NCBI GenBank assembly: GCA_043228905.1
Contig: JBHGNT010000001.1
Span: 18,042,001-18,106,000 of the forward strand
DNA length: 64,000 bases
Source: Azolla caroliniana
Taxonomy: Eukaryota > Plantae > Polypodiophyta
Direction of reading: 5' to 3'
The notes under the pieces were generated by a model. It searched no databases. It was not told where the DNA came from and saw only the letters and a program-made list of their open reading frames with translations. A program made the position numbers and the translations under genes. Below, piece by piece: positions 12,751 through 22,487 of the stretch (position 1 is its first letter; the number at the start of each line of letters is the position of its first letter).

Positions 12751-14424
12751 TTAGTATATCTTCATCAACTTTCCAAACAGAAGTAGGTCTATGTGATACA
12801 TAACTCTTGATAGAAGTAAGCATGTTAACATATGAATAAACCTTTCGAGCGAGCGAACCTTTTGCACAAACACCTTCAAAGCTTCGAGACTTGTCAGAAT
12901 TGTCATATTTTGAATTACGTCGATCTTTGCTTCATCAACATGACTTTCTTCTTGGCACACCACATTCTCCACATTACCTTGTTTTGTATGTATGACCATT
13001 TCATCTAGAATCTCATCTCGAAAAGGAAGAAAAAATAAATCTCGTTTGGTTGACTCATTCAAGGGTTGGAAGTTGACGTCTTTCTCCTTTGGAACCACGA
13101 CAATAAGTGAGACAAACTTCAAATCCTCCAACTTGATGTGGTGCTTGATGCCTTCTACTCTTATCTGTAAATAGTCATTTATGAATAACTTTGCAAACTT
13201 AAAAAAGAGAGAAATAAACCTTAGATCCTCTTCTCCTTGGACATCGTTTGAAATCATCTTCTTTTTCCCCTTTAGGGTGATAATACTTTTCTCTTCAATG
13301 ACTTCTTCTTCCTCCTTAGACACCATGTGGAATGATTTGTTTTCCCTATCCCACGAATATTCATCAATTGTTATGCTTTCCTCTTCTTGCTTGCCAATGT
13401 CGATAGATGATTCCTTCTCCTTTATACATTTGATTAGTTGTGGTGGATCCTTTGATGGTGATAAGTTAATGATACTCCAATCATGCATTACAAGTAAATC
13501 TCTTGGCTCTTGGTCAAATTGTTGTTGAAGAGTTGATGCCCACATAACTTTGTTGCTACTCAATGCAAATCCAAAACACAAATCTTGCACAAACACCTTC
13601 ATACACTGCATCTTGGCACTTACCAATGCTTCCTTACACGCATTGATCTCCAAAAGCCAATCTCCAGCTATCACTTCTAGGTTACCTTCTTCATCTTGCA
13701 ACTTCGTTGTGGGTACTTCACCATCAACAACTTCTTTTGTCATATCTTCCATTTCATCTTGCACATATTCATCATCAACCACCATATCGCTTGTTGTATC
13801 AATAATGCCCTCAACATGATGTACATTGGCATCACCATCCATAACATCGCTTCTCATAACAATCTCATTAGATTCGTCTTTCACATCATCATTCTTTATA
13901 TCATGGTTGTCCTCATGAACTAGATGGGGGAACTCCACATTCATCACCTCTTCTTCATTGTCTCTGGAATCACCTTCATAGACATCATTATAACTCCAAA
14001 AATTAGAATAATGATATGAGGGAACATGTTGAATCGGACATTGCAAGTAGGCTGGTTGTTGGCTCATGACTGATCCATAATTATTATAGCTTGGATTTAT
14101 GGTATATGACGCCGATACTCCATATGCTTCACCGAATAACAACTTCTTCAATTGTTGATCATAACTTTGACATACTCGAAGCAAATCATGGAAAGACCTT
14201 GGGTACTTCATATGCACTTCATATTGAAAATATGGATCTAGCCCTGCTTTGAATCTTTCCATCTTGAAGTATACATCTTCAACGCCTCCAACAAGTCCAA
14301 TCCAAGTGGACCATATATCCAAAAACGTCTTCTCATACTCGAGGTAGCACATGGGTGAAACCATACGCAATTGGAAAAGTTCTCTTCGTAGATCTGTCGC
14401 ATCGCGAACTCTATATCTTGACAT
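12751..14424 (-). CDS. Intact 557-aa gag-like protein with a long acidic C-terminal region; no pol
   Basis: Uninterrupted ATG-initiated ORF. The N-terminal ELFQLRM...YEKTF...ERFKAGL.PYFQYEV...PRSFHDLL pattern resembles a retrotransposon gag capsid. Confidence 0.8.
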   Translation of the reverse strand: MSRYRVRDATDLRRELFQLRMVSPMCYLEYEKTFLDIWSTWIGLVGGVEDVYFKMERFKAGLDPYFQYEVHMKYPRSFHDLLRVCQSYDQQLKKLLFGEAYGVSASYTINPSYNNYGSVMSQQPAYLQCPIQHVPSYHYSNFWSYNDVYEGDSRDNEEEVMNVEFPHLVHEDNHDIKNDDVKDESNEIVMRSDVMDGDANVHHVEGIIDTTSDMVVDDEYVQDEMEDMTKEVVDGEVPTTKLQDEEGNLEVIAGDWLLEINACKEALVSAKMQCMKVFVQDLCFGFALSSNKVMWASTLQQQFDQEPRDLLVMHDWSIINLSPSKDPPQLIKCIKEKESSIDIGKQEEESITIDEYSWDRENKSFHMVSKEEEEVIEEKSIITLKGKKKMISNDVQGEEDLRFISLFFKFAKLFINDYLQIRVEGIKHHIKLEDLKFVSLIVVVPKEKDVNFQPLNESTKRDLFFLPFRDEILDEMVIHTKQGNVENVVCQEESHVDEAKIDVIQNMTILTSLEALKVFVQKVRSLERFIHMLTCLLLSRVMYHIDLLLFGKLMKIY

Positions 14425-14500
14425 TAGTTTGATGATGAATCGGTAGATCCAACCATCAATTAGTGGACAACCGTTCCTCCCGTTATACAGAAAGGATCGA

Positions 14501-14517
14501 CCCTCCCTGGAGCGCCA
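14501..14517 (-). promoter_or_regulatory. Primer-binding site, probably tRNA-Asn type
   Basis: TGGCGCTCCAGGGAGGG lies 3 nt inside the 5' LTR. It resembles the complement of plant tRNA-Asn 3' ends (TGGCGCTAGAAGGAGGG type). Confidence 0.55.
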
Positions 14518-16239
14518 AAATGAAAAGAGAGATGATGATAGAAAAGAGAGAGAAGGAAGATATAGAAACCCAAATCTACAAAGATATATTAATAAGGAGC
14601 GATGATCATAGAAACAAGAGAAAGAAGATACATAAACTCAAGCCTACAAGGATCAATTGATCACTAGAAAAACACACTACATGAATAGGCAAGAAAAACA
14701 CCACAAGAAAAAAAACTCCTCTCACCACCTCACTCTTCTTGCTTTATATGAAGTTCTCCTCTAGTAGATAAGTTTCGCTTGCTTTCTTTTCCACGCTTTT
14801 TTTACAGCTTTTCCATCTCCTATTCTTAGCTATGATACAACGATCTTCTAATCGTCATATCTCCCTCGTAGAAGCTCTAAATTTAGAGCTTTAAAAACCT
14901 ATGGATAGCTCTCTTCACAAACTTTCCAACCCATATTTACACATTATATTTGGCTTCCAAACGAATGAGTTATGAGCGTTCGTTGTAGACTGCATTTTGG
15001 TGCCCGCTTTTTTCTTCTTTTACTTTTCTCCACGTGACTTGCTTTTTGTTTGACTTATCCTCAAGACCTTAGCTCGTGATCTTGCCTTCCGGATGTGAAC
15101 GCACCATACCTTATATTCTTGTAGACTTCAATACCTTGAATTCTAAAAACACTTTCACACTTACCATCCCCTCCGCAAAATGTAGCTGCTTCTTAAGGAA
15201 ACTAACTACCTGTTTTTGACGGGAGTATTGTTCCTTAAACGCAACCGAGAAATTTACCGATTAATTATTCCTTAATGAGGAAGATACAACAACAAGAAAC
15301 AAGAATCATTAACTTACTTGTAGCTTTTCCAAATTGTAATCAACATCAATATTTACACCTAAAATATCTAGATTTTCCGATGGGGATCTAACGACCCCTC
15401 AATTTCAAGTTCATGTTGAGCAACCAGTTCCAGATAATGCCTTAGTAGCACATTGTCATGTACAAGTTATTTATAACATATTACATACTAGCAAAACAAT
15501 AGTTACCTGAATCTTATTTCTGATTGTTGTCAATGCCAAAGTGACTTTGCTCTCCATCGCAGCAACCAATGTTGATTTCTGCAAATCAATCTTAAAAAAC
15601 TCCAATCTCTCACAAGCTTCATGGAAATTTTTTAGCATATAGCTATTCAAGGTCTCCTTGTATCATCGACATTGGCTTTCCTTGTGTGTAGGTGTGGCGT
15701 ATACTTGTGGGTTTGTTGGGAGTCGGCAGTTGCATCATCAACTGCCGTGCTCCAAAATTTTGCCATTTTTTGTTGCAAGTTCCCCATCTTCCGACCTCTT
15801 TTTATCGATGCCTCACCATAAATTGCCCAAGCAACCTTGTACATTTCAGGGTCACGAGATTCCTTCGTTGTTTTACAATACTCTTATGCAAAAGCTCTAG
15901 CAAATGAAACGGACAACTCGTTGTTGACCGGGATCTCTTGATGTACTTTCTGGTGTAGTCTCATGCAGTCGTCATACAGGTCCGGTCGTACATGCTTGAG
16001 CTTGAGCTTGCCTTTCACACTAGGCACTTTATATACTGACATCCAGTCTACATCACTAATCAATCTATCTGTTAGAACAACAAGGTCAATACCCTCGAGC
16101 AACATACCATATATGTTTTGCGAAGTCCTCCTTTGTCTCGCAAAATTTTGCGAAGTTTAGTAGTCTAGGATAGGGAGGAACGAGCCACCTGAAATAGAAA
16201 ATCACAAATCAGAATGGGTGCAAAAACAAAATTTTTAGG

Positions 16240-16710
16240 TAGTTAGCTATTGTACTAAATTATGGTAGTAGCTAATTAGCTACCACTAAGCTAATTAACT
16301 ACTAAGCTAAAGTATGGTAGTAGCTAATTAGCTACAATTTAGCTAATTAGTTACTCAACTAAACTGTAGTAGTATATAATTAGCTACCACTTAGCTACTT
16401 AGTTACTCAACTAAATTATGGTAGTAGCTAATTAGCTACCACTTAGCTAATTAGCTACTGTACTAAACTATGGTAGTAGCTAATTGGCTACCACTTAGCT
16501 AATTAGTGACTCAACTCAAGTATGGTAGTAGCTAATTAGCTACCACTTAGCTAATTAGCTACTGTACTAAACTATGGTAGTAGCTAATTGGCTACCACTT
16601 AGCTAATTAGTGACTCAACTCAAGTATGGTAGTAGCGAATTAGCTACCACTTAGCTAATTAACTACATGCTAACTAATTAGCTACTACACTATAACCATA
16701 ACAGCTACAT
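16240..16710. repeat. Palindromic TAGCTAATTAGCTA satellite, array 3, at the tandem-duplication junction
   Basis: Same unit. Its right end matches the right end of array 2. Confidence 0.95.
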
Positions 16711-16792
16711 AGTTTCCACACATTATACGGCTTACCTAATTAGCAAAGATGGAACTAATTAGCTACATTATGGTCACAAGCAACAATTTTAC

Positions 16793-18905
16793 CTGCCACT
16801 TTTCTCCACTCATATGGGAGAGCTCTACTACAATCCCCCAAACAGAATGCAGCTATGCGACAAGCATATTGAAAACAAATGATATGGTATGTGTGTTGGC
16901 ATGGTTGTAGGTGAACCAACAGAGTCGCATATTTGTCCTCTACACGTAATCCATAAGCGATGCAACGTGCTTCAATAGTCAATATATCGTTTCCTAGTTC
17001 TTCTTCATTTGGTAAGGGAGTAAGAATGTTCAGGTCCAATTCTTGTCTGCTCCTTTCCATCCCCTCCGCAAAATGTAGTTGCTTCTTAAGGCAGCTAAGT
17101 ACCTGTTCTTGACGGGAGTATTGTTCCTTCAACGTAGCCGAAAAATTTACCGGTCAATTATTCCTTAATTAGTAAGATACAACAACAAGAAACAAGAATC
17201 ATTAACTTACTTGTAGCTTGTCCAAATTGTAATCAATGACAGTATTTACACCTAGAAGGTCCAAGTTCATTGAAAGAACCTGGATCTCTGTCTGTAGTTA
17301 AATTTTCCGTTGGGTATCCAACGACCCCTCAATTTCAAGCTCATGTTGAGCAACATGTTCCAGATAATGCCTTAGTAGCACATTTTCATGTACAAGTTAT
17401 TTATAACATATTACATACTAGCAAAACAATAGGTACCTGAATCTTATTTCTGATTGTTGTAACTACCAAAGTGACTTTTCTCTAAATCAGTCTTAAAAAA
17501 CTCCAATGTCTCACAAGCTTCATGGACATTTTTTAGCATATAGCGAATGTCTCACCTATATCATCGACATTGGCTTTCATTGTGTGTCAGTGTGGCGTAT
17601 ACTTGCGGGTTTGTTGGGAGTTGGCAGTTGCATCATCAACTGCCGTGCTCCAAAATCTTGCCATTTTTTGTTGCAAGCTCCCCATCTTCCGACATATTTC
17701 TACCGATGCCTCACCATAAATTGCCCAAGCTACCCTGTACATTTTAGGGTCATGAGATTCGTTCGTTGTTTTACAATACTCGTATGCAAAAGCTCTGGCA
17801 AATGAAACAGACAACTCGTTGTTGACCGGGATCTCTTGATGTACTTTCTGGTGCAGTCTCATGCAATTGTCGTACAGGTCCGGTCGTACATGCTTAAACT
17901 TTACCTTGCCTTTCACTCTAGGCACTTTATATACTGACATCCAGTCTACATCACTAATCAATCTATTTGTTAGAACAACAGGGTCAATACCCTCAAGCAA
18001 CAAACCATATATGTTGTGAAAGTACTCCTTTTTCTCGCAAAATTTTGCGAAGTTTAGTAGTCTAGGATAGGGAGGAACAAGCCACCTGAAATAGAAAATC
18101 ACAAATCAGAATTGGTGCAAAAACAAAATTTTTAATGTGAATTTGGTGCAAAATTACAACACTTTGAGACAGTAATCTGAAATTTGTAATCTGTCCTTTT
18201 CAACGTGTATAAAAAATTAAGCACTTAAAAAATCAGAAACCCTAATCAGAATTTGTCATAAGAATTGGTGGAAAATTACAACACATTGCGACAGTAATCA
18301 GAAATTTGTAACCAAAAACTTGTAATCTGAAATTTGTAATCAGAAACCCTAATCCACCTAAGGGAAACACAAACCCTAATCATCATGAAAGGCAAAAATC
18401 AACCGTAATACGAAATTTTGTCAATCAGGAACACACCTGTTGCTACACCCCGATCTACGAGACATCCTTGTTTGGGACTCCAATGACTTCGCCCTATTCG
18501 ATTTTTGGGAAAGATGAATAGGCACCAAAGTTACAGATAGTCATTAGAAAGGGAAAATAAAGTTTCAGAAAGTAAACAAAAAGTTTTTTTAATATGTAAC
18601 TGATACATACCTGGACGAGGATCGACTTGCTCGTGTGTTGTAGCATTGAAGGTGCAATGTCGATCTCAGAGTTTGTGCTGCTGTGGGGGCTTCGTTTGCG
18701 TTCATGCTCAGAGTACTCCATCTGTTTGGAGTTCGAACTCGAACTCAAGATTATCAAGAATTTGATGACATTCAAGTCGACCTTAGATGATGGCACTATT
18801 CCCCATGTTCCACTACTTTGTTCCATGACATCCACTATGCAACCAAGTGATGGTGAATGGGATGCTTGTGAATCATTCTGCGTCATTTACACAAATATGT
18901 TTTCC
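16793..18905 (-). pseudogene. Accessory gene exon block, copy 2, plus upstream exons
   Basis: ORFs 16755-17132 (RING-like, CIAY..PCQHTYHIIC..CLGDC), 17587-18102 and 18494-18886 are bounded by plausible GT/AG sites. It is a direct repeat of 11505-11853 plus 15160-16236. Confidence 0.6.
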
Positions 18906-20762
18906 TGAAAACACGTTTTGTTAATTGTGATTCATGCCCATGTATACTGTTACTGGTATATCATTTTTTATTGGTATGTAAGAGACAGCATATGTGTTTT
19001 AAGTGTACCAACTATGATGTTGACTTGCTACAAGCGTAAGTAAGGAGTTCAGACTGGCGGCTTGAGACATTTGCTGGTTGCAAATTGAAGTGTCAATACT
19101 TATTCTTCCTTCAACAAGTGGGTGCAACTGCTTGTTCAAGACCAAGTTCATGATTGATCAAGCTGGCCAACGATCTGATCTTGCTGTAAAAGTTTTATGC
19201 AAGTCAAGTCTGGGGCATGAAAAATGTCCCTTAGTGTGCCATCAATAGTGAACTTGGTCTTAAAGATCGTTGACCTTCGTCCTAGAATATATACAGTATA
19301 CTGTGGAGACAATAATAGTTCCGTTAAACTCAACTGTACCTTCTGTTGGATTTTTTGCCAAGGCTTTATCATCTCCTATGTTGTTAGACTATCACTGAAA
19401 TTTCCTTGGATTCTGCTCTTCCAGATTCCATAGATATTTTTCACCTCCTGGTTGTCTTTCCGTTTGCACTTGTAAAAACTTGTCTTTCATGACCTTTCAC
19501 CTCACTTCTATTGGAACCATCATGAACTTTGACCACTGGATTCCTCCCATTAGAGACTTGATATAGTTGCAATTTCCTGCCTTCCCTTCCTCACGGGGGA
19601 CTTGTAAATTGACTGGTTGGTTGGTTCTTGGCAAAGAGATTCTGGATTCTGTGATACTTCTTTTGACAAAACTGTCAAATTAACCACTAACTTTCCTTCA
19701 TAGAAAGTGGAGCATCTTCCAAGTTCTTACTTACTTTTGGCCTTCTGGTTGCCTCTCCATTTGCTTGTGTACAAACCCGTTGTCCATTATCTGTCACCTC
19801 ACCATCATTGAGAACATCATCGTGAACTTTGACTCCTGCCTTTCTCTTATCCAAGTTCTGACATAGCTGCAATATCCTGGCTTGCCTTTCTTACAAAGCA
19901 TTCATATGTAGTCTTTCTGCAGTGATTCTTGCTGAAAAGACACTGCATTCAATTACTTGGCAAAACCACCGAAACAACCACACCCTGAATATTTTTACAT
20001 TATCCTTACTATGGATTTACTATTGGTGAAAACTACAATGTAGTTTTGAGCTCAAATGGATAACTTTGTTTGTAATCAATCTTATTGTTTTGGTTTAGTA
20101 GTAAAAGTTGTAATATTTCATAAGGAAAAAAAGGCTTAAAACTTAAAAAGTAATGCTTCTTTGTCTTGAAGGGTAACATTTTAACATATCTCCCTAATAT
20201 CCCCATGCGTTTCTATTAACTTGAATGGAATTGTGTGAAAGGATATCAGAAATATGGAAAAAGATAGAAATTATAAGGAATTCTGAAAATTTTAAATCTG
20301 TGCCTTTCACTTTTTTTATCCCACCAAAATATGAATGCAATTTGATTAGGATGGTCCAGATTTTTAGTTTCATCCTTATATAATCACCACCATATCTTAC
20401 TTTGGTTTGAAGTTGTATCATGCAGGGATTGAAGGGAGTATATGATGTGGAATTGAGAAGACTAAAGCTACGCGTTTGAAATGCCCAATATCCAGTATGT
20501 TAGTGCATTGTCAACACTTGAGGAACTGGCAAAAGAACCTTATACATATTGAATGTGTCAAATGCACTCTGTATCAATTGAATGTTAAGTGTGAACCTTG
20601 AGTAATCTGAGAGGAAAACAATATCAGGTTTAATCCTCAATAACACATGTCTCATACATATAGTTTTGCTTTTGATAGATATCATCGAGTTTATATTGTT
20701 ATTAACTTGATGTCAAATGGTCCAAGGAAACTTGTGTCCTTGAAAGTGTAAGTAATATATCT

Positions 20763-20964
20763 ATGTTATTTGCATGCATGGGACAAGTCTTTGAAGTTGT
20801 CTGCAAATTGTCAGTGGTGTGAGAGGCATTAAATACCTTACGTGAGGCACAATGAGCTTTAATACATCAATGTTATTTGCATGCATGGGATAAGCCTTTG
20901 AAGTTGTTTGCAAAATGTCAGTGGTGTGAGAGGCATCAAATACCTTACATGCGGCACAATGAGC
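20763..20964. repeat. Two-copy tandem duplication of about 107 bp
   Basis: ATGTTATTTGCATGCATGGGA...GTCAGTGGTGTGAGAGGCA..AAATACCTTAC..GGCACAATGAGC occurs twice. Confidence 0.85.
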
Positions 20965-22231
20965 ATTCTTTGCAATGAACTTTCCAAAGAATTGAGTGTT
21001 TTGAGACAGTTCATCACTTAGTGAAGTCGTGCATTCCTTCTATATGTTCAAATATGATATTGAGTTACATACACAAATTGAAAGTCCTAATATTATCACG
21101 GTTTACAACTGCAAATATCATAGGTACTTTGTCATTGCTTGGTAAGGGTATATATACTATTGTGATCCATAACATCAAGTGTATTCCAGTTTTTGTTTCT
21201 TCACTTTATGATCAAGGCACTCTTGGTTGTCCATCGGTCACCTACCCTATCAACCAGTGCAAGTGATTCATGGTTGAGGATGTTGCATCAAATTAATTTC
21301 ATTACTAAAGTAATTAGTGGGAGACGAGTAGACAATAGATGTGTTCCTCTATGCCCCTTATAGTTTGAAAGTTATTTAAGATGTTAAATAATATGAAAAA
21401 ATTTAATATGGCTGCTTTCCCTTTTATTATATCAATGATCCCTAGCTCCATTTAGAGCATGGTTGTCTAGATTCTCCACGAATTGATGAAGTAGTTGTGG
21501 CCTATTTGAGTCCAATAGCCAATATTTTAGTTTCAAAGGTGCAAGATATAACTAAATAAGAACTACTGAAAAAGGTGTGTCACAACTTTTCTATTATGAT
21601 GAAACACACAATAATCATATTATCAAACAAGTACAATGGTTGCAAAGTACAATGTGAAAGTGCTGTAAATTTCATATGTAGCTAAACCTTATTTTGTGTA
21701 GAATTATTGGATTAAAGTCTAGGCGAAGGCTTTATTGGTATGATCATGGTATAAAGCTAGTCATTTTCTCATAGAAGTTGATAAGTGACAATACATTGTC
21801 CAAAACCCAAAGGGTTATATTTTTATAAAGCAATCCTAACTACAATAGTTGGAGATTTCAAATGTTGAACATAAATATGCTTGTTTGAGAAATACCATTA
21901 CGTGGCAAATTGATAGGATGCATAACAACAATCCATTAACATGATCAAACCACATGAATGCTTTAGCAACCATCAAGGCCATGGATGCTTTAGCAACTTA
22001 TGAGAGTATTTGGGATGGGTATTTTAGTAGTAGATGGTGTGTGATGGAAGTATGCATGATAGATAATGTTATGTTGTAAATACTTAAACAATTCAGGGCT
22101 ATCTTTAGTAGTGTTCCCAATCAAATGATATTTTTCCCAAGGAATGGGAACCATGGACCCACTTTTACATAGGCTGTGGTTTGAGGGGAACCCTAACAGA
22201 TTGATTTTTTGAACAAAGAAGGAGAGGGATC

Positions 22232-22449
22232 ATGCTTCTGCGTCAGACTCACCATCCATTCTTTCCTTCTGCTACTAATGGGCTCTTCCATGGCCATATT
22301 CACAAGAATCTATGCTTCATCACAACAACAACAAGAGTAAGAAGAAGGATAAGAAGAAGAATAGAAGATCACCCAACAGTGTTTTCTCTTAAACCCAATG
22401 GAAGGTACTTCCTTACCCAAAATGGCTTTTTTCCTATATCTCTCTCTAT

Positions 22450-22487
<38 letters not shown>

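Larger units (their letters stand above)
11854..15159 (-). mobile_element. Young gag-only LTR retroelement (TR-GAG-like), 3306 bp, TSD CTTAC
   Basis: Two 639-bp LTRs (11854-12492, 14521-15159) differ at only about 2 positions by eye. TSD CTTAC at 11849-11853 and 15160-15164. PPT at about 12496-12510 and PBS at 14501-14517 on the minus strand. The empty site is visible in the paralogous copy near 17050. Confidence 0.95.
11589..16188 (-). pseudogene. Accessory gene exon block, copy 1 (unknown domain plus RING-H2-like finger), interrupted by an LTR element
   Basis: CIAC...PCQHTYHIVC...FCLGDC (ORF 11536-11835). Exons at 15160-16188 are homologous to 17050-18086. There is an acceptor TTTCAG at about 16190 and a donor AG/GTAAAA at 11588. 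Confidence 0.6.

Noticed and set aside
14495-14517. tRNA gene fragments here and at 50317-50333
   Set aside because: Only about 17 nt match tRNA 3' ends and they sit next to LTRs, so they are primer-binding sites.
5595-16710. CRISPR-like array (palindromic repeat plus spacers)
   Set aside because: Spacers are short and recur rather than being unique, no cas genes are present and the context is eukaryotic introns. It is a satellite.
18230-18385. AAACCCTAA telomere-like or telo-box motifs (also near 63850)
   Set aside because: Isolated copies inside local AT-rich repeats, not a telomeric array. A regulatory role cannot be supported.
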